64,000 nucleotides of DNA from Mytilus trossulus (lineage: Eukaryota), in contig NC_086373.1 in the NCBI RefSeq assembly GCF_036588685.1, positions 7,998,001-8,062,000 of the forward strand, written 5' to 3'. Shown one piece after another: positions 1 to 12,737 of this stretch. The position numbers and the translations under genes are program-made. How positions within the stretch are numbered: position 1 is the stretch's first letter; each line of letters starts with the position of its first letter. The notes below the pieces were generated by a model that had not been told where the DNA came from, ran no database searches, and saw only the letters and a list, made by a program, of their open reading frames with translations.

Positions 1-1077
1 GCTAACGTTTTTATTTAGTTTTTACGATGCTAGCAATCAAATTTTATTTATTTTACAATATTTAACAATGTATGGTGAAGTTCTGAATTCCAATTTTTTT
101 TTAATCATCTATATGACTAAAATTTTTTTTTTATCAAATTGAGGATCAAAATATTTATCAAGGAACCCCCATCCCCTCTTTTTAAAGTCAAACGGTTGTT
201 CTCAATCCGCAAGAAAACTGTCCGAAAAATTGCATTCGGTTCTACGTAATGAACATTTAAATGACACACAGTTTAAAAGTGTGAACAAATCGCATGTACA
301 GGTAGCTAAACAAGGTGTATGAATGTGAACAAATGTAATGTGAAACCAGTGTGCATTACGGTAAACTAAATGTAAACATGTTTACTGTACATGACTTTTG
401 GTGTGAACACGGCCTAATATAACCAGTTTGGTGTGTTTTCAATGTTGTGAACGCGTTTAATTCCGGGTAGATTTTTCATGTGTTCAGTTAGCAATTACAA
501 CATCATAACTGAAAACAACGTAGATCATGTAAATGTTAAAACAGATAATACCATGAGAAATGAGAATAAATGTCTATAGTTTCCATTCGATTTTTCCATA
601 GTCTGATAACATATAAAGACATACAGATTATTTTTTCTGATTTTTTATTTAATTTCTACAACCTACATAGTAGAAACACGTAAAACAACATAGTTGCTAC
701 TAGCACAATCGTCATGTTTCTAATTTACAAATTATAACAAGCTGCATAGCAGTTACAGTTAGATTATGTCCACGTGGTCTTATGTTTTCATCATTACTAT
801 GGATCGGTATTGGTCCACGTCTATTCATATCAACGTATAGTTGTGCATAGTTTAGGAGGCTCATAAATACTCTCAAGTAACATCTACTCCATGTCGATCT
901 TTCCTCGGCTCTGAGCAAACCTCGATTCTGTATTGTCTCTAAAAATACTCTTTAATGACATACACGTTTCATTCGAGACTTTAGAACGCTTTCTTTTCTT
1001 GAGGTACACGGCGGAATTTTCTGAACAGATATCCCAATGCTTTGGTGGCATTTGTTCATTTACTTGTCTACTGATGT

Positions 1078-1281
1078 TCATCCGAAAGCGTTTCCAAAGA
1101 TCCTCACTGCTTTCTTGTGTAGCTTTACATCAAACTCAGGCTCTGTTAATCTAATGACCTCACCATCACAGTTCAGGTAGAAATCCTTTTGAAGGGTTTT
1201 CGTATTTTCAGAAACTGTAGCATTCAGCAATCGGACTTTATAACTAGAAACTTCGTGTTTGCTTACAAATTTGTAATCATA
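1078..1281 (-). CDS. CERK: CERK-like exon 8, terminal (…YLNCDGEVIRLTEPEFDVKLHKKAVRIFGNAFG*)
   Basis: tttcAG acceptor; C-terminal NCDGE motif; TGA at 1078-1080. Confidence 0.92.
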   Translation of the reverse strand, partial: YDYKFVSKHEVSSYKVRLLNATVSENTKTLQKDFYLNCDGEVIRLTEPEFDVKLHKKAVRIFGNAFG

Positions 1282-4200
1282 CTGAAAAATTCAATGGAAA
1301 ACTACTTAATCAGTTTTTTCAACTTGATATATTTATCACTTGAATTTAAATTACAAGTATAACATCGACTTAAAATGTGTGGTGCCTCATTGGCAATTAT
1401 ACCACATCTTCTTTGTATATATACAGAAGAAAATGTATCATTTTATTTAGTGTTTTGCAGATTTCCGTTCTGCATACCATTGTTGTTTAAAGCCATGATT
1501 TTTTAATCTCTTTTTGACTAATGAGTATTGATTCTCACTGTTGTTTTGTCCTCCAATTTTATAAATCATATCAACAGCCACTTGACAATTGGTTTTGTGT
1601 AGATTAAACATATCAAAAGTTTTATGCAGTTGTACTTCTTTTGATCTTTTACTGAAATATAATTCGTAATGTGTTCTTTGTTCAATTCAAAAACATATAA
1701 ATTAATTTTAAATAGTGTTTAAATTTGCAGCTTTTTTTTATAGTACTTACACAATCGGTTTGTTCGTTTTTTACTTTGGTTAGCTGTGACACATGGTCTG
1801 ACAATGTACATTTATGTGTGGTGTACACCATAAGTGAATCTTGTCCGAAACTTGGAGTCATTCTTCCTGATTTTTCTTTCATCATAACGGCATGTGTATC
1901 TACTGCATACACACGTCCTTCTTCTTTTTCACATTCTGGAAAACAATAAAGTATTTATTGTATAATTTGAAATTGCCTGTGTTCAAATTGAGCTGAAAAA
2001 GGTTAACGGTGGGTGCTTTAAACAATACAATGAAAAAAATTGACTAGCAATATTAAGGAAATCCTATGGAAATTGATTGACAATGTTTTTTATTTAACTT
2101 AAGTTTGATATTTAGAAGTAATTTGTTTTAGATTTTCAATCATATAATTATAGCTATAGACATACCTTGAATATCTGAACTGTCGAGTACACCTGGTGTG
2201 GATTTAGTTCGTTGTATTTTTGATTTACATGAAGGTATCATGAAGCCATTTGGAAGGGATACTTGTTTTCCTAATCCTTTAAATATTTTTGTCGCTTTAT
2301 CCTTGTTAGCTGAATAATATTCTATCTCCACATCAATTTCCCTTCTCTTTAACATTGAAGCCACAGGGACAACTGATAAATAATAAGATACATTGTATAA
2401 GATATGTCACCGATAAATCAATACTTCAACAAATCATTGATAAAATGAAACGATAGAAAACAAATTCCTAATGCGAAATTTTGATAGTTTTATGATAATA
2501 TTAAGATATACGAAATACAAATGCGTTTATACAAATTTTGGCTATCCATTTCGATTTACCATTTTCTTAAACTCTTTCTAAAAAGAATTTTTTTTTAATT
2601 AAACTTACAGATAGGAACTTTTTTTTTGTCATTTATTCCTCAACTGACTAAATCAGATTTCAATTATCAAAATATTATGCATACCATTATATCTCAACGG
2701 TCCCATCCACCGAAACTTCTCACAGTCGTGCATCATATCACCAAACAGTCCAAATCCAAGTATCAGTGCCGAATATGACAAAAGTTTGCCTCCTTCGTGA
2801 ACACTACAAACGTTGGACTCGACGTTGCCACCAAGTAAGATATGGAGAACAGCAGTGCTTGCACATTTAGTCCCATGAAGATATTGAACAATCACGTTAC
2901 CAGAGCCTGCTGGGATGATACCAATGGGGAGTGATGCTGACACAATGTCAGTATTGTGACAATTCACATTCACATTGTTGTCTCGTTGAACCCGTGTAAT
3001 TAGTCCATTCATACACTCACAGTATAAACCATCACCACCTACTGTTACTATACTATAATTAAAAAATGACGTAAACATAAATTACAAATTCATTCGCCAC
3101 AAGCAACAATGAAAAGTTGTATCATACATATATTATTAATGCTTTGCTGAATAAATGTTGTGTACAAGTTTTAATAAACAAATTATTTTAATAACTATCT
3201 GGGTTTGGATTTTTTTTCTTAGGATTACGTTATTTTTATTTTCTTTTCAAGTGAATACAAGATTTTGTCTTATTTATCCAAAACTTAATTTGAATCGATA
3301 AAATATTTTGTTATCGAAACATTAGCTTTTATCAATGGGATGTTAAAAACGACTTCACCTACCCGTCAATATTCGATAGATTGTAGTTCTTCAGGATATC
3401 CGTAGGCTCTTTTTGTTTTCTAGTTACTGCAATAAAAAATAAATAAACACTGTAGTAATAATGGATTGTTTTTACCCGCACCCTTTGTGTGTTAAAGGTC
3501 GATTCGAAATTCAACCTGTACGATTCTTGTTTTTTTTTAATGAACATATCTTTTATGAACTATACTGCAAAATGCAGGATTGATTCGAATTTTTTGTAAG
3601 TCTTGATGTCTAGTTCTTGAGAAAATGCAACCAGAATTTTTGACCACTGTACCCCCACTTTCGGGATGGGAATATAATTCGAATAATTAAAAACAAAATC
3701 AATATTTGTAAGCAAAATATGATAATATAATTCACAGAACATTAAAACAAAGTTTATAAATAAAAAGTCTTACCAATGATATCAGCTTTCACGCCACAGA
3801 GTTGAAATAAAGGAGCTGCAACTTTTTTGTATTTTTGTATTCCTTTCTTCTTACCACTATTTGGGTTGATTATTACTAAAAGCCTCCTTGGTCGATCTTA
3901 AATCGACAAAAAAAATATAATAAGACATTTGAACAAGCGATTGTCTATTGTCATATCAATTTATAATCTGTATAATCCATGCGTACCAATATTGACATGC
4001 TATTTCTTTCGTCAGTACATAACAATTAAATATCAAAAACAGTTTAGTTACATCTATATTATAAACAACCTTTTACAAGTATAATGTACAACTAAATTGA
4101 ATACTATACAGCTAAAACATATTTAATTTTTGACTTCGATAAAACCGTTGTTTAAATAAATACCTTTTAATATGTGATCGATTTCACTTTGCAATATTTG

Positions 4201-4671
4201 TGCATCCTCTGCATCTCCATGAAGAACCAAAGTTTTCACTTTAAGATTCATATTTTTCTTCTGTATCACATAATGCACAGTTAGATTTGTACGTTCCAAT
4301 ACAGATTTTAACAGATACCGTATCTCGATAGACGCTGAAATTAAAAGTAAATAAATCGTTACTTCGGCTGTTTCTTTAAACGAAGGAAAGATGAAAAACA
4401 TAAAGTTTTTGATTAACTACGTGTATTTTCTAGTATACTCGTAACACAATATGCATTTTTTCTTAAAATTCAGGAAAAAAACAATTAATATATACCGTTC
4501 GTGTAACAGTGAACAACACAAAAGTTATTTAAAGATTATACACTTGCGCATTACTTCGTTGAAATAAAATCAAAATTCTTTCGTACCAAGTAAATTATTT
4601 TCTTCACTTGCAATAGTCATCACATCTCCTTCCAAGCTCACATTGACACGGTTGTCGTTTAGGTAAAGCAT
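1078..4671 (-). CDS. CERK: Ceramide kinase-family (DAGK-like lipid kinase) gene, 8 coding exons, 1407 nt / 468 aa: join(complement 4587-4671, 4164-4334, 3774-3896, 3363-3426, 2685-3052, 2166-2372, 1751-1935, 1078-1281)
   Basis: All 7 introns are GT-AG with consistent phases (1,1,1,2,1,1,0). The spliced product has RPRRLLVIINPNSGKKKG, GIVTVGGDG, IGIIPAGSGN, GFGLFGDMMHDCEKFRWMGPLRY and LNCDGE motifs typical of the CERK/SPHK family. Orthology to CERK proper versus a paralog is uncertain. Confidence 0.9.
1751..1935 (-). CDS. CERK: CERK-like exon 7
   Basis: ttccAG / GTAAGT boundaries; phase 1 to 0. Confidence 0.87.
2166..2372 (-). CDS. CERK: CERK-like exon 6
   Basis: tatcAG / GTATGT boundaries, 207 nt open in phase. 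Confidence 0.85.
2685..3052 (-). CDS. CERK: CERK-like exon 5 (GGDG, IPAGSGN, FRWMGPLRY motifs)
   Basis: ATP-binding GGDG motif and other family motifs; AG / GTATGC boundaries. Confidence 0.95.
3363..3426 (-). CDS. CERK: CERK-like exon 4 (VTRKQKEPTDILKNYNLSNIDG)
   Basis: tgcAG / GTAGGT boundaries; bridges phase 1 to phase 2. Confidence 0.88.
3774..3896 (-). CDS. CERK: CERK-like exon 3 (DRPRRLLVIINPNSGKKKG...)
   Basis: Start of the DAGK catalytic domain with NPxSG motif; AG / GTAAGA boundaries. Confidence 0.92.
4164..4334 (-). CDS. CERK: CERK-like exon 2 (PH-like region)
   Basis: tttcAG acceptor, GTATTT donor, 171 nt open in phase. Confidence 0.8.
4587..4671 (-). CDS. CERK: CERK-like exon 1 (MLYLNDNRVNVSLEGDVMTIASEENNLL)
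   Basis: aaaATG at 4671; donor GTACGA at 4586; phase 1 joins exon 2 in frame; TATA ~110 nt upstream. Confidence 0.7.
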
Positions 4672-4779
4672 TTTGTATTTTTGTATGTGTTTTAACAAAG
4701 TTAAATTAATTAAATGATTGTTGTATAGTCGTGTTCTCTTATATAGTATGTGAACAACGTAAACAGGTGAAAACCACGC

Positions 4780-4860
4780 TTCTATATATAGACCACTGGA
4801 AAAACTGACCTTGGTAGACGAACGGGAGTGATAACCGGAAAATATTGACCACGTGACTAA
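4780..4860 (-). promoter_or_regulatory. Putative core promoter of the CERK-like gene: TATATATA box (~4783-4790) and GTCACGTG E-box (~4850-4857)
   Basis: Motifs seen directly ~110 and ~180 nt upstream of the ATG; function inferred. Confidence 0.5.
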
Positions 4861-6042
4861 CGATAGGTACATCCCCGTATGTTGCTTTATTTTTTTTTGA
4901 TTGGTGTTTAAACATTTGAATATCGATCTGTTTATTGTAACAACTGTAATCATTTCATAGTCATGAATGGAAATTGTTGATGAGATTGGTATGAGCTCAA
5001 GTACAAAGCTTAGCACGACTACTATTCTTATAATATGTAGTGCAAATTATTAAAGATTATTTTCTTTCTACGCATTTCAACATCAAAGTCTAAATTTACT
5101 GTTTTATTCTGAATCAAGCTTAAGAAAGTATCTGACGATTGTAAATCTCTACCATTGTGTCATGACAACTACTGGAAGACTACGAGTCCCTAAGGATAAA
5201 ATCTTCCCTGCGGCAAGTGCTTCTGCTCTGTAATAATAAACATGCAACAGTTTGACTGTAAATTATCAGAAGTATATGATTGCTCTTATATTTTAACTTC
5301 CTTAGATATTGTTTTGCTGTTCTGTTATATTCCTTATATTTATTTTGCATCTATTTAAATTTTTCTTTCCTTTTTATAAGGCTTCAATGTACTTGAGGAG
5401 CCTATCCCAGAAACAAGTGCTGTGCACATAAAAATGTTTATTGTATAGATGTTTATTCTGTTTGAAATAAAATAACAAATTGAAGCAAAAGTCTTTCTTT
5501 TCTTTAATATAATGTATCCTTGTAGCATTATTTGTAGTTTAATTAAATACAATTAATTATCTTTAAAACGTTGTTTTAAAAATAAGGGTAGGCGATTTTG
5601 ATCAACGTCAACATTATTAAATAAATTCGTAGTTAATATCCAAATGCATAAAGTCATTGATAGAGTCGAGAATGTATGTAGTTACTCTGCATATGTATTT
5701 ATCAGGCGTGCTATCATATTATCAAAAGAAAAGGAAGTTTTAAATAACTTGATTTTAGTTTCTCATATTTGAACAATATAATTCAGAGTATGATCCATTT
5801 CGTAGAAAAAAACTTATTCTCCTTTTTTTATTCAAATTACATTTTTAATTCATCTTTTGACACCTTTCACTTGTTTTTCTAGGGGTGATTTGTTTTAATT
5901 TTCTATATGAACAAAATGCTAAAAGTAAATTTTTCATACATTCGTCAAGTACATTATCGTTACATTGAATATTCATCAGAATAAGCAGATGTAGAAAATA
6001 CGGTGCTTTGAAATTATTCATTGTTTTCTTATATACAACAAC

Positions 6043-6214
6043 ATAGATAAAAGTGGTTTAATACAGATAACAGTAGACAGCGGTGTCACTTCCATTAAAT
6101 TCCAGTTGAGTTATATTACACGAATTGTCCCATCTGCCGTCTGGCACACATATTACCAAAACATATAAATGTCATTTTCTCTTCCGAAACCGGGTATGTT
6201 TTGGAAATTACTCA
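6043..6214. repeat. Local non-coding module copy A (paralog of 10238-10410)
   Basis: Shared blocks ttccattaaattcca, cattttct, gaaac.gggtatg, aattactcat. Confidence 0.75.
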
Positions 6215-8994
6215 TACATATCGAACAGCTAAAACTTAAATTTATCGAAGTGTGAATGCTTTGACATGTATTCGTTTTCGATTTTTGTATCAAATTCCTA
6301 AGTGATAAAAAGTCTGTATTTACTCTTATAATGAATCATCACAAAACTATGAACTACATGTTGTTGAATATTGACAAATGTTCAAAAAGTAAAATAACAA
6401 AATAACAATCTCTAAGGAAAATTCAATTCGGAAAGTCCCTTATCAAATTGCAAAATTAAACACAGTATTATTACGAAATAATGGTCTATAAAGAATGATG
6501 ATAAACGAAACGCGTACTATACTTCTTGAATGCTTAATACACCTTTCTTACCTTTTATGTTTACAAAACTAAAACATTTTGCAAGTGGTGTAAAGACGTT
6601 GAAATCATGTCACTGAGATTATAAACAGCTCATGTATATATCATAAGTCATACTAAATATTTGATAAATACACATTGATACCCGTAACATAGCAACTTTA
6701 ATGTGATTATATTGATTATCAACTTTTTGCAAAAATAAGAAGATGTGGTATGATTGAAAATGAAAAAAATGTCCACCAGATATCAAACGACGTAATATTC
6801 AACAACTACAGGTCACTTGTTAGCCAACAACAAAGTATTTTAATTGTTTTTTTAATATTGTTAGGTCAAAACTAGTGCTCTGACCGGACTTTTGTAATTT
6901 ATTTACATACTCAAATTTTGCCAAGCCTCGCGATTGTTATTAACTATTGATTCTTGTTCAACAATGCAATATCAAAAGGAGTTCTTTCTTAATAGTTTAC
7001 TTTACGAAACAAAGTATTTTAAATTCCCTTTTTCATTTCTTTCCAAATAAACTGATCTTTTACCCAGTGAATCAGAAATATATCCCGCTAATAGTTTCAA
7101 TTATTTTAGTGGTTAGGATACATACAATATTTTGACATTCTTTCCCAATTTTTTTTTTTTTTACGTCTGCCTGTTTGTCTCTAGGATTGTTCAGTGTATC
7201 AATGACATTAACAATGCACAGATTCTAAAGATTGAGCGACATGAACCACAATCAAGATTTCCAAAAGTATTTTTCAAGAGTTGACCGTATTATGTAATTT
7301 GAGTGATCATCTGACCGAATGGCAAAATAAAATGAAGTTAAAAAAGAAATCTAATTTGGTAGCAACATGGAAAAACTAAGATGAAAAGACACTGAAATAT
7401 TTAAAAAAAAAAAAAAGAGACTTTATTGTTCAGTAGAAGAATAACTGTCTGACAAATATCAATATAAAAAAAAAGCACAGATTAAGCTATAGGGACCAAA
7501 TTGAAAACCAGAGCTGTTTATAGTCTGACAAAGATTTTAAAATTCCTACTACGCTAGTAACAACCGTCTCGTTACTTATGACAAGTGACTTTTTTTTCGA
7601 TTTTCAGTTTTGATTGTCCCAGTGGTTTTGATTTTTTTTGTCATATAAGTAAACCTCCCTAACAGGGAAACACAACCATTAGATATGTAAGGAATATTTG
7701 AAGAAAGGAGAAATTGGTAATCCATAATGAAAAGAAATATACTGATATCAGCTGAATTATACAGGAACAAACAACTACACAGTTGTGATTAAAACAATTG
7801 AAATCCACTATCCTCCACATAAAACGAGACATAATGATACAAGGTTGGCATTTTAACTTTGATTTAACATCTATTATTTGATTCCAACGTTTTAAAAACC
7901 AACACTTATCAAAGTAATGACTTTGTCAGATATTATTTACGATTAGGCATGCGTTTAACTTAAGTCTGACATTTGTTGATTGTTACTTACTGTAAATGTT
8001 ATTCATTAGTGAGGAAATTTAGTCCTTTTAAATTTATTTGAGAAGACCAATTACCCAAAATGTGTGAGTTTTTGAAAAATTAGTCAGAATAGTTGTTAGA
8101 ATATTTGAATACGAGAAAACATTTTTTGTAGAAAAAAGCTATATAGCCTTAAGTATAGCCTGGTGAGCATGACACCACAAATATTTGCGCACAGAAATCT
8201 TTGTTGTGTAGAAAACAATACATTTTTTTAATGGTAAAACTACTGACAGATTGTTATGAAACGATATGCTATTTTTTTGACAATCTTTTTTTTTATCAAT
8301 TTACATTTTTAAATAAAGATAATATGTCTCCAAACAGTACAACATAGGTGATCAATTTCTACCATTAAAGTCAGCGTTTACGATAAACTTGATTCATTTA
8401 AAAAAAACCTGATAACTGTAGATAACATACATCTGCATTTAGTCATTCATAAAATCAAAAAATCACCTAACTTAACTATATACTAGTACGTGCAGGATTA
8501 TCAATAGAAAGACAGCTTTAAATGTTGAAGATTTCCCAGTGATTGCAGTTTCTCGCAATTGAGAACAATGACATGCAAACTATGACACATTACATAGAAA
8601 AGACTATGTATACCTTTTATATTAAAGTTACATTCTACCTGTTGCCTACTTGCAATTATTCTATGGGGGAGAAGGTAGAGGATACTCATTAACATTTTCA
8701 TATCAACCATGTATTGTATAATAATTCTTAAATGCTTTGCATATTAGGGAATACGTTGATATGATTGGTCGAGAGAACTATCGGTAGTTGATCTTGTTGT
8801 TGGTTATTTTTCGATAGGCGACGTTGATCGATCTTCTTTTTGTAACCAATGTAAACAGGATGACGGCGATAATAACAACGAAGTTACCAAATTTATTTTC
8901 ACTGCACGTTTATCGTTAAATAACATAAAAACATTCGTATGAACGATTAGAAGAGTTTTTGCAGTGTTCTTTTTATCAGATAGCAAAGGAGGAG

Positions 8995-9475
8995 GTTCAG
9001 TAAGACCCCTTTTTGACCCTAAAATATAGCAGTTTTACAAAACTGTTAAAATGTAATTTTAAGCTATTTACTGGAAAGAAAAATGCTTCTGCTACATAGA
9101 TATGGGCTGTGTTTGACAATACAATGCACACATATCGGGTCCTAGCATCATTAAGTCATGATAAATTACTGAAATCTTCTCAGTTTTAGCATTTTAGTTA
9201 AATTTGAGACGGTTTCTGTCTTAAATGAAAGTGGCCGCATTCGTGTTCATTCATAATATTGAAATAAAACATCTGAAAAGTGAGGTTTTTGGCATACTAG
9301 TATTTGAAAGATTGTTTTCATATATAAGCATAAATCGGAGTGATTTTAATGACTAACTCAGTTAAAATCTTTCACATAAACTATTTGAATCAATTGACAC
9401 TCAAGTGCTTAAAACGTGTACAAAATCTTTCGTTAGATGAAACTGAAATTTGAGGCCAAGATTGGCACCTACCTT
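8995..9475. mobile_element. Non-autonomous DNA element (MITE-like) with degenerate TIRs
   Basis: gtaagacccctttttgaccctaaaat at the left versus atttgaggccaagattggcacctacc at the right. Confidence 0.4.
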
Positions 9476-10237
9476 TCATCGAGTACATGCTTTTGCGTTA
9501 ACCAACAAGTATCTTCATGCACCAGCCAGGCCTATTAAATGACATAAATACACAATTGACGTGTAATAGAGGTAACGAGTGTGGAAAAAAATATTCCCTT
9601 TTTCCAATTTTAAAGAATTATAAGGATTAAACGCCCTTTTGTAAGTAAGTAAGTAAGTAATTACTTTATTTAAAGAGGGTGGCTCAATAAGCTTTCGCTA
9701 ATCTACCTTTATTGGTGTATAAAGTGGACCAAGTCGCTCACGAACATATCATAAAAATCCTTTTATTTGTTGGTGAGTGAATTGGTCGAGATCATACACT
9801 AATAAATTCCTTTAAAAAGGCGTTAAATCCTATAATAAAAGTTGATACATTATAGGTAGCAGTAAATATATTTTTGAAGGTATATTAACAATAAATAGGT
9901 TAATTGTGTTTAAGTGGTGATAAGTGACGATTTATTGTGTACAAAATACTTAGTTCATCTTTTGTATTCAAGTTTCATTTGTTACATTCTATTCACCTTT
10001 TGACTACTTGATAAATATTCTACTGGGGTTCATTGACATTTTCAAATTAATCATATATAGTAATTTTGACATAAACTAAAAGATAGTAGTAAATTAGTAT
10101 CAAAATACTTAGAAGTAACACAGATTGAGTATGTTAAAGCAGTGATATCTGATGTTTTGTGGTATACACAATCAGTTGTTTGGAAAGTATCTACTGTTTA
10201 TTAGATAACCACACACTAATATGCGATTTGCACACAC

Positions 10238-10410
10238 ATACATGTGGTTTATTACAGATGAGAGTTGAATACGATGTAATTTCCATTAAATTCCAATTGA
10301 ATTATAATAAACGAAATATTTAGGTATTTGGTCTACCACATGTATCAAGAAGCTATTAATGCCATTTTCTTCAACGGTTGGAAACTGGGTATGGTGTTGC
10401 AATTACTCAT
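10238..10410. repeat. Local non-coding module copy B (paralog of 6043-6214)
   Basis: Colinear similarity to copy A. Confidence 0.75.
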
Positions 10411-12239
10411 GTTTAATTCACAGATACATCATTAAAATAGTTTAATACCATATATGAATCATCATTAAAAGAGAAACCAAAGATAACATACTAGTATTCA
10501 AACAGATTACTTGAAAATAAACTGATAATTCCAAAAAAACGATGCAAAGACAAACAGTACAAAACACACAACATACAACATACACATTTTATATACTGAA
10601 CAGCAAGAACCCAACATACACACAAGGGGTGATGTCGAGGGGTCCTAATTAAATTGTGAATTACCTTCTGTAAGATGTTGTACAGTGTTGAAAGGTCGTT
10701 GTGTTTATTCCTAATAAAAAATGAAATAACAAAAGTCAAACTTTAAGGAATCTTCTAAACGGCAACAGAAAAATCAAACCCATGGCAAACACCTGTCATC
10801 GGCTTGACTTAGCACAATCAACTTTGTACAAATGATAGATTAAATCTTGTTTTTTAGACAGCTAAAACTCTTACTTGTATGGCAGTTGCATGAAATGACA
10901 GAAATTCTAAAACGTATTCTGAGAAAAAAAATCGAGGTTGTAAACTAAAACTGTTGTAAACACATCAACTATAAGAGGGAAACAACGAAACAAAAAAACA
11001 CTGAAGTGCAACAAAATAACAAACGACAATGCAACTAACATAGAAACTAACTAAAAGCTAAGTACTGCTTTTTGTCTGACTGGTACAGGACATTTTAAGA
11101 AAAAGTGGTTGGTTGAACTTGGTTTTGTGTCCAGGGTTAGCGTTAACAAACATCGTGCTTTTATAGCAATGAACCATACTATGAAAGCATTTAATGAATT
11201 CACTAAATAGTCTAAACACATATGAACAACATCAACAAACCAAAACTACTGAACAACAGAATGGTACATACAAATGTAGCGGTTTTACATGTTTAACAGA
11301 CGCCAACTTTCACCATAACCAGTAGTGTAACATTGCAACAACAAAAAAAGAAATACTTTAAAATATCAACCCATACTTTAAAATATATATTGAAATGGTT
11401 TAACTAGATCAAAAAGACTTATAAACAAAAACAAGAAAACATACGCTGAACGAATAAATTTGATTTATGACACAAAAAAGGGATATGTATTTATGCGACC
11501 AAAATCCCTGCACAAAATTGTCTGGTTCCTTGTTGGAATACAATATAGCCATATAAAGATTAAAGTATGTCGCTACACCAATATTTACAATAATTCCTAA
11601 TATGAATATAATAGGAAGATGTGTTATGTTTGCCATGAGGCAACTATCCAACATAGTCCCAAAATGTAGACTTTTCTGAAACTATATGTCACCGTCCTTC
11701 GACAAAGAACAAAACCCATACCTATAAAAGACCAGACGTAAAAGATTATTGTCATAATAGTAACATTGATTCCGTCGGGACGGTATGATGTGTTAACTAA
11801 CAAACATTTAAAACAGGTGTGTCAGGTCAATAAGTTATATTAATAGTGTTGCAAAAGGAAGATAAGAAAGCAATTATAATGTATAGTCACGCAAGTATAC
11901 AATTCAAACAGAAAAAATTCCCAGTAAATCGTTCAATGTGTAAACATGAAAAATTACGTAATAGAATAGAATATTTTACTGTCTGACATTGAAGTTTTGC
12001 ACTTAGGAAATAATCAAAATTTCTATCATAGTTTTACTAATCTAATTCCATTGCTTTAAACATTTCTATTTTCCTAAAATTCTTGCGCAGCAGTATCTAA
12101 GTAACAAGTAAATGAAGTATTTGTACATCAATACATAAAAGAAAGAAATGGTTGTATGCATTAATTCAAGAAAAGAATTGGTTATCATTTCTAAATATGA
12201 GTTTGACTCAAACATTTCAAAATGGTCACAAGGACAACA

Positions 12240-12737
12240 AACGCTACTAACAAAGGGACAGTCAAACTCAAAATCTGACAATTTCATGACTAAAAATGAA
12301 AAAGGCAAACAGACAAACAAACGTACAAATTACACAACATAGAACACTAAAGAATAAACAACCCGAACCACACCAAAAACTAGGGGTGATCTCAGGTGCT
12401 CCGGAAGGGTAAGCAGATTCTGCTCCACATTTGGCACCCGTCGTGTTGCTTATGTGATAACAAATCCGGTAAATAGTCTTATTCGGTAGGTCTCATTCAT
12501 GAAAGGGAAGGGGATTGTAGTTACGACGTAGGGAACATATCCGATATCATTTGTGAAACGGTTATTCCATAACGGTCAACCAACTCGTGATGGCGTCCGT
12601 AAAATTAACGATGGAATGATTTCAACTTCACCATTTGGAACTCTTGGTTTAATATCTTCCTTTTGGGCGGTAACCCTCGTACCAGTAAATCATGATTGGA
12701 AATGCAAGCACGGGAATATCGTATCAATTGGGAGATA
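12240..12737 (-). mobile_element. Penelope-like retroelement 3' fragment (RT C-terminal region, in-frame stop)
   Basis: Translates ISQLIRYSRAC…KILNQEFQMVKLKSFHR*FYGRHHELVDRYGITVSQMISDMF, a recognisable PLE-type RT tail. Confidence 0.65.

Noticed and set aside
4672-5016. N-terminal extension of the 4570-5016 ORF
   Set aside because: Non-ATG start, spans the TATA/E-box promoter region; the ATG at 4671 is better supported
6057-6125. Minus-strand peptide …GSDTAVYC resembling an Ig V-domain motif
   Set aside because: Short frame; the paralogous copy differs mostly at second codon positions and lacks the motif
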